From Eubacteriales bacterium (GTDB lineage Bacteria > Bacillota > Clostridia > Oscillospirales > CAG-272), in NCBI GenBank assembly GCA_045643785.1, contig JAZRFR010000257.1, forward strand, positions 6,821 to 70,820: a stretch of DNA of 64,000 bases, in the 5' to 3' direction. The notes under the pieces were generated by a model. That model was not told the DNA's origin and did no database searches. It saw only the letters and a list, made by a program, of their open reading frames with translations. Positions 19,401 to 28,376 of this stretch are shown one piece after another. How positions within the stretch are numbered: the stretch's first letter is position 1; every line of letters starts with the position of its first letter. The position numbers and the translations under genes were made by a program.

Positions 19401-19739
19401 CTTCTTTCCGCCTGCGGTGACGGCCAGCGTCTTACGGCCGCCCAGCACCTCTTTGATACGGGTAGCAGTGGCATACTTCTCATAGTCGGGAAGTTTGGAT
19501 GCGGGGAATTTCACCGAAGAGACCGTGGGCGCCGCATCGGCTTCGGTTTCAGGTTCAGAAGTGTTGTCGCCTGCTACCGTTTCGATGGTGTCGGGAAGAT
19601 TGGATCCATCGGTGGGATCCTTCACTTGATTACAGGCCGCGAATGTCAAAAGCAGAACGAGCAGAAGTGATACGATAAGCAAATGTGATAGACGTTTTGT
19701 TTTCATAGTAATCGATGATCGTCCTTTCTTGGATTTCAT
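16416..19739 (-). CDS. Large secreted lipoprotein (1107 aa); the C-terminal half looks like a glycoside-hydrolase TIM-barrel region
   Basis: Lipobox LLLVLLLTFAACNQ and an acidic T/E/P linker. The segment YNPYMIEGFRGYLLDRYESIEKINEIFGTSF resembles GH42-type beta-galactosidase regions. The ATG at 19739 abuts the upstream stop (TGAATG). An alternative start is ATG 19706 (MKTKRL). Confidence 0.55.
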   Translation of the reverse strand: MKSKKGRSSITMKTKRLSHLLIVSLLLVLLLTFAACNQVKDPTDGSNLPDTIETVAGDNTSEPETEADAAPTVSSVKFPASKLPDYEKYATATRIKEVLGGRKTLAVTAGGKKYYANGELKAGGEGIVTTAKDGTVTLDAAKLGALAGKSDLTATTPEEAAKQLGMGVAVYDHKLVLFFEGEEPLHTYDDLYTYEAMYLYMTNASETEIVNAFIDLPSRISNDVNNTIFYTAPDLNLGIQTSIYHAQMGQSNGLAVGPALVAGEGKHADNFTTVRVFNNQQTCITQFLAFDASVKGGVQVAAAKVGDEVLIATAPFAEHDGKNGDIRVFDAFGMIRMTVNVRDVISGPHTIATGHFADGVSDEVLLVASQTTNEKGELRYALISLSDGSVISEHTLDCSFALTGEKAGVPVAISVRNSGATDSVILYFHSVQGLYEGNAQKAEFANAGVTLPADATGVSASNIVGQKYTVFLPAREGQEVLSYLTIYDENANATELDVGFRENRFFAAYYTDGYNDDKYVSKGDFCHIRTDLSNAALNGLTSCKDNAAIDAWFASTKYADYTFSDINQYVTRLETEYLFLEPCFTHRWNKIPHTGKLASYVDPIDGTQKYVSIGKAGEYMDYNELGSTFYVGTYADGILDLAKLRLYPLRSFLQGTASAFRGEGANPEHLVGVSPVHEHEIDVAGSVGDYNPYMIEGFRGYLLDRYESIEKINEIFGTSFTDRASIDAPRDKGRGAWDAYKGDYFTEWSMYNRYIVSKRIMEAYREALLAGYPPESISAHQIPEGEAVAGFLGEANTRLTPVDVVLTCGTAYGGTRYGNLNRKSNFLVNAHNMGHSNITLGEYGSLYETKKGAYDQLRLLWKNGLRMVHHITFNDAQANAEKLAIEQLMADNEPRPGYTGGTTNAIGVNAGNKQYTVVQIGAGADSESTGLLKSIDAAGKWEGTVYLVPFHTKQNAAAIEALNTPVEGTKNRFSTGAQDAIKNADQVEITFAAAKTGDARAWVTIEVLHKGCVVDDSTITYELTDTLTPYRYVLSNQLYESGLEIVVTFHTEAGDGSMDGITVENLYGTLQTEKAGFTYYDGAKAYKISKAHVGGVTFDILDRDLLA

Positions 19740-20357
19740 TCAGGAAAGCTTGTCCAAATAGGTGAGGGTATCAAAGGGTTCAAGGGGGGTATTGCTTTTG
19801 AGGTACAGGGGATGATGGGGGTGACCTTTTACCGAAATGGGGCCCGCATGGTACCAGACAGCGCCTGCGCGGTTTCCCAGCTCGGTCATTTCACGGACGC
19901 AATCCGCAAGGTAAGGGCGCTTTTCAATGATGGCTCCCCAAGCCGCCCAGACGGCGGGCTTTTCTCCTGCGATGGAAAGCAGATAGGCAAAAGCCTTCAT
20001 GTTCTCGGTATGGAGCCACTCGTTGCGCTCCCGCTCCATATCGTCGGGGCGGGTGGCGCGCTGGGCGTAGACGTTGAACATGAGGAAGGAATCGTAGCCG
20101 TTTGCCAATGCGATGCGCTGGGCGGATTTCAGGGTGGGGTCGAGGTTATTGGGGGCGGCGGTAGAGGGATTGATGCCCACGCAGATGACGGGGTTCTTCC
20201 CTCTTGTGCCCAGTATGTATCGGTACTCGTCGTAGCGGTTGGGGACGTAGAGCCAATCGTTTACCTCGTAGTCGGGGTGAGGCTTCAGGGCTTCGGTGAG
20301 AGCGTCCTCAAAGGGGAGGACATCGATATAGGTCGTGGGTGAGGTAGGAATGTGCAT
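19740..20357 (-). CDS. DUF1643 domain-containing protein
   Basis: RYILGTRGKNPVICVGINPSTAAPNNLDPTLKSAQRIALANGYDSFLMFNVYAQRATRP matches the DUF1643 pattern as I recall it. Its GGAGG SD lies directly after the polC stop. Confidence 0.65.
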   Translation of the reverse strand: MHIPTSPTTYIDVLPFEDALTEALKPHPDYEVNDWLYVPNRYDEYRYILGTRGKNPVICVGINPSTAAPNNLDPTLKSAQRIALANGYDSFLMFNVYAQRATRPDDMERERNEWLHTENMKAFAYLLSIAGEKPAVWAAWGAIIEKRPYLADCVREMTELGNRAGAVWYHAGPISVKGHPHHPLYLKSNTPLEPFDTLTYLDKLS

Positions 20358-20370
20358 GGTATATACCTCC

Positions 20371-23300
20371 TTAGAACTGCATAGTCATCTGATCCGTCTC
20401 GTTCACTCCGTCCAGCACGTGATTCTGGCGGAGAATATCCACCACGGCACGGGTGAGCTTAGCGCGGGTCTGGAGGTCTTCGATGGAGAAGAAGGGCTCC
20501 TGATCGCGGGCGGCGACGATGTTGGCGGCGGCGTTCTCACCGAGGCCGGCCAGAGAGGCAAAGGGCAGGCGGATCTTGCCATTCTCGGGCACGTACTCAT
20601 CAGCGGTGGATTTTTCCAGATCCACGGGTAAGAAGCCGATGCCGCGGGCGTAGGCCTCGTTGACCAGCTGGAGGACGGGGAGGCTCTGGGTCTCCTTGGG
20701 AGAAGCCTCGTTCTTTTGAGAACGCTTTTCAATATCCGTAATGTAGTCCACTACGGCTTTCTTTCCACGCATGACCAGCGCGCCGTCAAAGCCCAAGGGC
20801 TGAACCGTGAACATGGCGCAATAGAAGGCCAAGGGAATATGTACCTTGTACCATCCAAGACGGATAGCCGACATATCGTAGGCGGCGGCGTGAGCCTTGG
20901 GGAACATGTACTTGATCTTCTTACAGGAGGCGATGTACCAATCAGGAACGCCGACCTCTCGCATTTCGGCCTCATATTCGGGGGTCAGGCCTTTGCCCTT
21001 TCGCACCATTTCCATGATTTTGAAGGCGTGGGACTTCTCGACACCGTAGCGGATGAGAGCGAGCATGATGTCGTCTCTTGTACCGATAACCTCAGAGATG
21101 GTACAGGTTTTGTTGGCGATGAGTTCTTGGGCGTTGTTCGTCCAAACGTCGGTACCGTGGGACAGACCCGAGATCTGGAGCAGGTCGGAGAAGGTTTGGG
21201 GTTTACATTCCTCCAGCATCTTGATAACGAAGCGTGTACCCAACTCGGGGAGTCCCAGGGTGCCCAGAGTGCAACCAATTTCCTCGGGGGATGCGCCCAG
21301 AGGCTTGGTGCCCAAGAACAGTTCGTAAATGGATCGGTCATTCATGGGAACGTCCAAAACCGAGGTGTTGGAATACTTTTCCAGATACTTATATTTGGTC
21401 GGCATATCGTGTCCCAGCTCGTCCAGCTTCAGCAAGGTATCGTGGAGATACTCGAAGGTGAAGTGGGTGGTGACGATATCCGAATTGGGGTCGTCGGCGG
21501 GGTGCTGAACGGGGCAGAAATCGTAGATTTCCAGATGCTTGGGCACAACCACGATACCGCCGGGGTGCTGGCCCGTGGTGCGCTTAACGCCCACGCAGTG
21601 GGCTGAAAGACGGTTGACCTCAGCACGGTTGACGCTGATCTTCTTATCCTCCAGATACTTCATGACGAAGCCAAAGGCCGTTTTCTCGGCCACACCTCCG
21701 ATGGTGCCCGCGCGGAAGACGTTCTCGGCGCCGAACAGCTCCTCGGTGTATTTATGGACTTTACCCTGGACTTCGCCCGAGAAGTTCAGGTCAATATCGG
21801 GGGATTTATCACCGTAGAAGCCGAGGAAGGTTTCAAAGGGAATGTCGTGGCCGTCGTAGTTGAGCTTGCGGCCGCAGTTAGGACAGATCTTATCCGGGAG
21901 ATCAAAGCCGGAGAATACCTTTATCTGTTTCGCCGTTTCAAAGTCGGAATACTTACAGTCGGGGCACCAGTAGTGGGGAGGCAGAGGGTTCACCTCCGAG
22001 ATGCCCGCCAGGTTGGCGACCACAGACGAACCAACGGATCCGCGTGAGCCAACCAAATAGCCCTGAGATTCCGAGTAAGCCACCAGCTTTTGGGCGATCA
22101 TGTAGAGCACCGCAAAGCCGTTCTTGATGATGGAGGGCAGTTCCCTTTCCAGTCTGTCCTTGACGATATCGGGCAGGGGGTCACCGTAACGGGACTTGGC
22201 GGTCTCGTAACAGATGCGCTCCAGATCCTCGTCCGCGCCGTCCATGTGGGGGTTGAAGGTGCCCTTGGGGAAAGGTCGGACGTCGGCCTCGATCATATCT
22301 GCGATCATGTTGGTATTGGTCACAACGACCTCATAAGCCTTTTCCTCACCAAGGTAGGAGAATTCCTCCAGCATTTCCTCGGTGGTACGAAGGTAGAGGC
22401 CGCTATCTTTATCGAAGTCCTTGAACTTCATACCTGCCTGCAGGATCTTACGGTAGACGTCGTCCTCGGGGTTGAGGAAGTGGGCGTCACAGGTAGCGAC
22501 AACAGGCTTTCCGTACTGTTCACCCAAGGCAACCACGCGGCGATTGAGGTTGCGGAGCTCCTCCTCGTCCTTGAACTTCCCTTCTTCGATCAAGAAACGG
22601 TTGTTGCAGACAGGCTGGATCTCCAGGTAGTCGTAGAACTTAACGATCTCGGCGATATCCGCATCGGGACGGTTATCGATGATGGCGCGCATCAGCTCAC
22701 CCGCCTCGCAGGCGGAGCCCACCAGCAAACCTTCCCTGTGCTTTTCCAGCTCGGTCTTGGGAATGCGGGGATTGCGGCGGTAGTATTTCAGGTAACTGTA
22801 GGAAACCAGCTTGTAGAGGTTCTTGAGTCCCGTGGCGTTCTTGACCAGAAGCACCTGATGGTAAGGGCGGAGCTTTAAGGGGTCGGTCTTCTCTGCCATT
22901 TCGGAGACCAATTTATCGTAGGTGCGTACGTCCTGCTCGTCCAAGTCGCGGAGCATACAGAAATAGATAGCGGCCAGCATGGCAGCATCATCACAGGCGC
23001 GGTGATGGTTGAAGTCACCCAAGTTGTAATGCCCTGCTACGGTATCCAGCTTGTGATTCTTCAAATCGGGGATCAGGAAGCGGGCCAGTGCCAAGGTATC
23101 GAGATAGGGGTTTTTGAAATCCAAACCGTTGCGTACAGCGGCGGCGCGGATGAAACCCGTATCGAAGTCGGCGTTATGGGCGATGAGGAGAACGTCTCCG
23201 CCCGTGTCCTCCCGCTTGCCAAGGAATGCAAAGAAATTGCGGAGGGCGTCTGCCTCAGAGGGGGCATCCTTCACCATCTCGTTGGTGATACCCGTGAGTT

Positions 23301-24843
23301 TCACGATCTCCTCAGGGATGGGCTGTTCGGGATTGACAAAGGTATTAAAGGTGTCCAGCACCTTGCCGTCCTTGATCTTGACCGCGCCGATTTCGGTAAT
23401 GCGGCAGTTCTGGACGGACAAGCCTGTTGTTTCAATATCGAAGACTACGGCTTCCCCGTTCATATGGCCGGGGCAATCGCCGTACAGAGCGGAGGCAGTA
23501 TTATTGACGAAGTAGGCCTCCATGCCCCAGATGACCTTTTGACCGATTTTCTCGGCGGTCAGCATGGCATCCTGATAGGCCTGCACGTTGCCGTGGTCGG
23601 TAATGGCAATGGCGGAGTGACCCCACTTGTTGGCCTGCTTGACCAGATCGGAAGGAGGAATAACGGCATCCATGGAAGACATCTGTGTATGGACGTGGAG
23701 TTCTACACGCTTTTTCTCGGCGTTGTCCTTTCGGGCGGCGCGGCTGATCTTGGCGATGGCGTTATGGTAGAACAAGAGGTCGGGTCCTTCGGTTCGGTCG
23801 CGGCGCATTTCCCGCTTGGTATATCCGCGGAGCGCCAAAACGGCGCCGTTGGAAACGACCTTGGAGATCGCATCTGCATCCTCGGGGAGAAGGCCACTGG
23901 CGCGCACCTCAATGGATGCGGAGTTATCGGTCAGATCGAAGGTGATATTGAATTTGTCTCCCTGTCGGGTGGGTTCTTTGGTAAAGCCGAAGACCTCGCC
24001 CAGGATCACCAGATTCCGCATGGGCTTATCAATAGCGGAAAGGGGCGTGGGAACAATGTCAAATTCGCCGCCGACGGCATACTCGGGGGCGGAAATATCA
24101 AAGTCCATAAAGCCGATCTTGACCCGCCCGTCCTTGACCACGGGGGTATGGACGGCTCCGCTGTTCTCATCGAAAAGGGACTGCACACGGGGGAGGATCT
24201 CCTCGGGCTCGGCGGCAGGCTTGGGGGCGCCGCCGTACCCGCCCTGAGCTTCGGCGGCACGGCGTTCGGCAACCGATTGAGAATAATTTTTCTCGGCTTC
24301 TGCGATCTGCTTATCCATTGCGGCCAGTCTTTCCACCTGTCTGGCAGTCAGCATATCCGCTTGGATGTCTTCGGAGTTCTCAACGGTCACGAGAATGTCC
24401 AGACCGAACTCGCTTTTGAGGATGCGAGACATGATATCGGGTGTGTGAGCAGTAGTCAGGAGCATGACGCCTTCACGGATGAAGGGGATCTCAATGCGGA
24501 GGGTATTGCCTTCCAGAACATGGCGGTATGTAGAAAAAAATCCCCGCGCTACAACACCGACGCGTTCGGTCTCCTTCAAAAGTTCAGGGACGTAGTCGGC
24601 GGAGAATAGCTCGGGGGGATAATGGGGGAGAAACTTGACATAGTTCAGCTGGTATGTCTCGGCAATCTCGGCCTCCATGCGGTACAGCTCGTCCTTTTTC
24701 ACAAGGCGCGGAAAATCAACCTCCAACTGGAGGGCGCGGTTTCCCTTATCAGCGCGGACGACGGGATTCTGCGCCATCTCCAGAATGGCGCGGGCGGTAG
24801 CATTCGGTGTATAGCGATTCAGAATTTCCAGTACGGTTTTCAT
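20371..24843 (-). CDS. polC: DNA polymerase III alpha subunit, PolC type (with PHP and 3'-5' exonuclease domains)
   Basis: 1490 aa. Exonuclease motif VVFDIETTGLS, PHP motif VELHVHTQMS, the zinc-finger region (HYWCPDCKYSDF...ICPNCGRKLNYDGHDIPFETFLGF), and SGLSHGTDVW. Confidence 0.95.
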   Translation of the reverse strand: MKTVLEILNRYTPNATARAILEMAQNPVVRADKGNRALQLEVDFPRLVKKDELYRMEAEIAETYQLNYVKFLPHYPPELFSADYVPELLKETERVGVVARGFFSTYRHVLEGNTLRIEIPFIREGVMLLTTAHTPDIMSRILKSEFGLDILVTVENSEDIQADMLTARQVERLAAMDKQIAEAEKNYSQSVAERRAAEAQGGYGGAPKPAAEPEEILPRVQSLFDENSGAVHTPVVKDGRVKIGFMDFDISAPEYAVGGEFDIVPTPLSAIDKPMRNLVILGEVFGFTKEPTRQGDKFNITFDLTDNSASIEVRASGLLPEDADAISKVVSNGAVLALRGYTKREMRRDRTEGPDLLFYHNAIAKISRAARKDNAEKKRVELHVHTQMSSMDAVIPPSDLVKQANKWGHSAIAITDHGNVQAYQDAMLTAEKIGQKVIWGMEAYFVNNTASALYGDCPGHMNGEAVVFDIETTGLSVQNCRITEIGAVKIKDGKVLDTFNTFVNPEQPIPEEIVKLTGITNEMVKDAPSEADALRNFFAFLGKREDTGGDVLLIAHNADFDTGFIRAAAVRNGLDFKNPYLDTLALARFLIPDLKNHKLDTVAGHYNLGDFNHHRACDDAAMLAAIYFCMLRDLDEQDVRTYDKLVSEMAEKTDPLKLRPYHQVLLVKNATGLKNLYKLVSYSYLKYYRRNPRIPKTELEKHREGLLVGSACEAGELMRAIIDNRPDADIAEIVKFYDYLEIQPVCNNRFLIEEGKFKDEEELRNLNRRVVALGEQYGKPVVATCDAHFLNPEDDVYRKILQAGMKFKDFDKDSGLYLRTTEEMLEEFSYLGEEKAYEVVVTNTNMIADMIEADVRPFPKGTFNPHMDGADEDLERICYETAKSRYGDPLPDIVKDRLERELPSIIKNGFAVLYMIAQKLVAYSESQGYLVGSRGSVGSSVVANLAGISEVNPLPPHYWCPDCKYSDFETAKQIKVFSGFDLPDKICPNCGRKLNYDGHDIPFETFLGFYGDKSPDIDLNFSGEVQGKVHKYTEELFGAENVFRAGTIGGVAEKTAFGFVMKYLEDKKISVNRAEVNRLSAHCVGVKRTTGQHPGGIVVVPKHLEIYDFCPVQHPADDPNSDIVTTHFTFEYLHDTLLKLDELGHDMPTKYKYLEKYSNTSVLDVPMNDRSIYELFLGTKPLGASPEEIGCTLGTLGLPELGTRFVIKMLEECKPQTFSDLLQISGLSHGTDVWTNNAQELIANKTCTISEVIGTRDDIMLALIRYGVEKSHAFKIMEMVRKGKGLTPEYEAEMREVGVPDWYIASCKKIKYMFPKAHAAAYDMSAIRLGWYKVHIPLAFYCAMFTVQPLGFDGALVMRGKKAVVDYITDIEKRSQKNEASPKETQSLPVLQLVNEAYARGIGFLPVDLEKSTADEYVPENGKIRLPFASLAGLGENAAANIVAARDQEPFFSIEDLQTRAKLTRAVVDILRQNHVLDGVNETDQMTMQF

Positions 24844-24942
24844 AATTTGCTCTCTTCCTTTTTGCGGGGGGTGTCATCCCGCGTTTTTTGTATGAAAAAA
24901 ATAGGGTGTGAAGATAAATTTACGCGATATGAGTCGCAAGAA

Positions 24943-26025
24943 TCATGTTTGCATCTCTTTCAGTTTTTGAATCAACGTAGGGATGACGGCATCCTCGGAG
25001 ATCTTACCGAGGATCTCCCCTTTGGCAAACAACAGTGCTTCGCCCTTGCCGCCTGCGATACCGATATCGGCTTCTCTTGCCTCTCCCGGGCCGTTGACGA
25101 TACAGCCCATGAGGGCGACCTTAACGGGAAGTTTGTCCAGCCCCTCGGCCTTGACAGCGCTTTCAAAGCGGGTATGTAGGTCGATGAGGTCGATCTTGGT
25201 TCGTCCGCAGGTGGGGCAGGATACGATCTGCAAGCCGCATTGACCTTCAATGCCGACGGCGTTGATGATCTTTCTTGCGGCAGCGATCTCCTGCACGGGA
25301 TCGGCGGTGAGAGACACGCGGAAGGTGTCACCAATGCCCTCGCAGAGCAGGGCTCCGATGCCTACGGAGGACTTGACCAGCCCCATTTCTGCGCCGCCAG
25401 CCTCGGTTACGCCGAGGTGGAGAGGATAGGGACAGGACTGCGCCAGAAGGCGGTTAGCAGCGATCATAGCGGGAACGGTGGAGGCCTTGATGGAAATGAC
25501 GATATTGGTATAGTCGTACTTTTCAAGCAATGCGGCGTGGTAGAGAGCACTCTCACAGAGGGCTTCGGGGGTAGGGGTGCCGTATTTAGCCAGAATGTGT
25601 TTTTCCAAGGAGCCGCTGTTGACACCGATGCGAATGGGGATGTTTTTCGCCTTGCAGGCGTTCACCACTGCCTTCACGCGGTCATCGTCTCCGATGTTGC
25701 CGGGATTGATGCGGATCTTGTCTACACCGTATTCGGCGCATTTGAGCGCTATTTTGTAATCGAAATGGATATCCGCCACGATGGGAGTGGTGATTCCCTG
25801 TTCCTTGATGGCTCGAACCGTTTCGGCGGCTTCGAGGTCGGGGACAGTAATGCGAACTATATCGCATCCGGCGGAGGCGAGGGCTTTGATCTGGTCTATG
25901 GTTGCCGTCACGTCGTGGGTATCGGTATTGGTCATGGATTGGATGGCGATGGGATTGAGTCCGCCAATGGTGATTTTGCCGATCTTGACCTCGGGGGTTG
26001 GACGACGGATTGCGTTGTAATTCAT
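24943..26025 (-). CDS. ispG: 4-hydroxy-3-methylbut-2-en-1-yl diphosphate synthase
   Basis: IGGLNPIAIQSMTNTDT, IRINPGNIG and CPTCGRT motifs. Confidence 0.9.
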   Translation of the reverse strand: MNYNAIRRPTPEVKIGKITIGGLNPIAIQSMTNTDTHDVTATIDQIKALASAGCDIVRITVPDLEAAETVRAIKEQGITTPIVADIHFDYKIALKCAEYGVDKIRINPGNIGDDDRVKAVVNACKAKNIPIRIGVNSGSLEKHILAKYGTPTPEALCESALYHAALLEKYDYTNIVISIKASTVPAMIAANRLLAQSCPYPLHLGVTEAGGAEMGLVKSSVGIGALLCEGIGDTFRVSLTADPVQEIAAARKIINAVGIEGQCGLQIVSCPTCGRTKIDLIDLHTRFESAVKAEGLDKLPVKVALMGCIVNGPGEAREADIGIAGGKGEALLFAKGEILGKISEDAVIPTLIQKLKEMQT

Positions 26026-26053
26026 ATTACGGCCTCCTTCCTGCTTTTTTGAA

Positions 26054-27130
26054 TCAGAATAAAGTAAATACGTCCTTAAAAGCGATCAGAACCATGAGTC
26101 CCAGCAAAAGCATCATGCCCATGCCGTGTACCGTGGCTTCAAATTTTTCGTTAATAGGTTTGCCGAATCGCAGTACCTCTACAAAGCGGAAGAACAGGCG
26201 GCCTCCGTCCAGCGCGGGAAGGGGCAACAGGTTCATCACACCCAGATTCATGGCGATAATGGCGAACAGATAGAGAATATTCCAGCCCGCCATGGGTTGA
26301 GAGGCAACGTCCTGAACAGCGGTAGTCATACCGATAGGGCCGGAAAGATCGGTGAAGCCGAAACGCCCCGAGATCATACCGCCGATGGAATCAAAGACCA
26401 TTTTAATGGAAGAAACACCACGCCAAAAGGACGTTTTGAGGACATTCCCCACCGTTGTATCTGCGGCTAACACGCTGAAATCCATACCGCCGAGCATAAT
26501 TCCCTGCTCTTCGCCCGTGGGGAAACGCACGTCGGGAATGAGTACCTTCTGACCGTCGCGGATGACGACAACATCCACGGGCTTGTAGGCGTTGAACATG
26601 ATCTCGTAGGAAAGATCGTAGCCGGTATGCACCTTTACGCCGTCGATGCTGATGATCTCGTCGCCCAGTTCAAGGCCGGATACGTAGCTGGGAGCGCCTG
26701 TGGCAAACTCGCCAATCACGGTGGAGGGGAGCTTATAGCCCGCAAACGTCATGCCGGCGGTGAGCACCAACATAGCCAAAAAGCCCGTGAGGACGTTCAT
26801 GCCTGCACCCGCAACCAGAATGATGATGCGTTGCCAGACATTCTTTTTATTAAAAGCGTTGGGATCATCCTCTTCGCCTTCCTTGGTTTCATCTTCTCCC
26901 GCCATAGATACGTAGCCGCCTACGGGAAACAGGCGCAAGGAATATTGAATACCCGTTTTTTTCGACGTAAAGCCGGCCAAGCGCTTACCCATACCGATGG
27001 AAAACTCGTAGATGGTAACGTGGCAGGCGCGGGCGGTGAGATAGTGTCCCAATTCATGGACAAAAACGAGAATGCCCATAAGAAACACCGTAACAAGCAA
27101 GTAAAACAGGAAACTGAAAAAAGCCATCAT
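26054..27130 (-). CDS. rseP: RIP metalloprotease RseP/RasP (M50 family, PDZ domain)
   Basis: HELGHY zinc motif in TM1, a central PDZ-like region (GLELGDEIISIDGVKV), and a C-terminal NLLPLPALDGGR. Confidence 0.85.
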   Translation of the reverse strand: MMAFFSFLFYLLVTVFLMGILVFVHELGHYLTARACHVTIYEFSIGMGKRLAGFTSKKTGIQYSLRLFPVGGYVSMAGEDETKEGEEDDPNAFNKKNVWQRIIILVAGAGMNVLTGFLAMLVLTAGMTFAGYKLPSTVIGEFATGAPSYVSGLELGDEIISIDGVKVHTGYDLSYEIMFNAYKPVDVVVIRDGQKVLIPDVRFPTGEEQGIMLGGMDFSVLAADTTVGNVLKTSFWRGVSSIKMVFDSIGGMISGRFGFTDLSGPIGMTTAVQDVASQPMAGWNILYLFAIIAMNLGVMNLLPLPALDGGRLFFRFVEVLRFGKPINEKFEATVHGMGMMLLLGLMVLIAFKDVFTLF

Positions 27131-27182
27131 AGGATGGAATTACCTCCAAAGGGAAACGAAATGTAAATGGAATACGGGCAGA

Positions 27183-28364
27183 TCACAAAAGCCGTTTGGC
27201 CGTCTCGCGGGCAAGCGCATCGGCCTCTACGAGCTGCTCATAGGTGTGCCAATCGGCCACGAAGCGCATATCCTCCACGGTACGGGAGACCAGCTCGGGA
27301 ATGTCGCAAAAACGGATGGATTCATCCAGGAAAGCGGCTACGACGATCTCATTTGCGGCGTTCAGAGCGCAAGGGAGTGCGCCGCCTGCGGCGATGCAAT
27401 CGCCGGCCAATGCCAACAGAGGGAATACCGTGGTGTCAGGGCGGCCAAAGGTGAGTTTACCCAAGGCAAAAAGATCCGCCTCACGAAGCGTTCCCTCAGC
27501 GGGGAGACGGCGGGGGTGGGTCAAGGCGTACTGGACGCAATGCCGCATATCCGGTACCGACATCTGGGCGATGATGCTATGATCAATATATTCCACCATG
27601 GAATGAATCATGCTTTCGCGATGGACAATGACCTCCACCTGTTGCGGCGTTACACCAAAAAGGTGGACGGCTTCGATCATTTCAAAACCTTTATTCATCA
27701 GCGTCGCAGAATCAACCGTGATCTTGGCGCCCATTTTCCAGGTCGGGTGATTCAGGGTCATAGCCTTTGTAACCGAGCGAAGCTGCTCTTGAGTATAGCC
27801 GTAGAAGGGGCCGCCCGATGCGGTAAGGAGGATCTTTTTGATCTCCTCGTTTCGCCCTGCACGCAGGCATTGGAATATGGCGCAATGCTCGCTGTCCACG
27901 GGAAGGATGGTGGTTCCCTTTTGGCGGGCGAGGGACATGACCAGTTCACCGCCCACTACAAGAGATTCTTTGTTGGCAAGAGCCAATTTATGCCCCGCTT
28001 TGAGGGTTTCCAACGTGGGCAGAAGTCCGGCTTCGCCCAAAATCGAGTTTTCTACGGTGATTCCGAGGGGATTCTCGGTTTTGACCGTATGGAGCATTTC
28101 GGTAATGCCCGCAAAACCTGGAAGAATTTTTGTATCAGTGTCGGCCACGCGGGTTGCCAGATCGGCGGCAGAGGCCTCGTCGGTTAAAATCGCGAAATCG
28201 GGATGGAATTCCCGAATCTGCGCTTCCACAGCGGCAACACTCTTATGGGCGGTCACGCCGCGGACACGGATGCAGTGAGCGCGAGCAACGTCCAGGGCTT
28301 GCTCACCGACCGAGCCGGTGGAGCCGAGAACAATGAGATCAGGATAATTTGAATGGATCATCAT
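27183..28364 (-). CDS. dxr: 1-deoxy-D-xylulose 5-phosphate reductoisomerase
   Basis: LGSTGSVGEQALDV, LANKESLV, PVDSEHCAIFQC and HPTWKMG motifs. Confidence 0.92.
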   Translation of the reverse strand: MMIHSNYPDLIVLGSTGSVGEQALDVARAHCIRVRGVTAHKSVAAVEAQIREFHPDFAILTDEASAADLATRVADTDTKILPGFAGITEMLHTVKTENPLGITVENSILGEAGLLPTLETLKAGHKLALANKESLVVGGELVMSLARQKGTTILPVDSEHCAIFQCLRAGRNEEIKKILLTASGGPFYGYTQEQLRSVTKAMTLNHPTWKMGAKITVDSATLMNKGFEMIEAVHLFGVTPQQVEVIVHRESMIHSMVEYIDHSIIAQMSVPDMRHCVQYALTHPRRLPAEGTLREADLFALGKLTFGRPDTTVFPLLALAGDCIAAGGALPCALNAANEIVVAAFLDESIRFCDIPELVSRTVEDMRFVADWHTYEQLVEADALARETAKRLL

Positions 28365-28376
28365 ACGCGTATTCCG

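Noticed and set aside
16464-19670. Plus-strand ORFs of 406 aa (16464-17684) and 655 aa (17703-19670).
   Set aside because: Both lie entirely antisense to the 1107-aa lipoprotein gene, which has a signal peptide, an SD and domain-like sequence. The plus-strand products are G/V/D/H-rich with no motifs.
20716-24609. Plus-strand ORFs of 296, 262 and 535 aa inside the polC region.
   Set aside because: They are antisense to polC, which is unambiguous. No start signals or motifs support them.
24860-24890. The hairpin GCGGG-gggtgtcat-CCCGC followed by TTTTTT, considered as a terminator between ispG and polC.
   Set aside because: The T tract is on the plus strand, but both flanking genes are on the minus strand. 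On the minus strand the hairpin is followed by AAAAAGGAAGAGAG, which is the polC SD region. I cannot support it as the ispG terminator.
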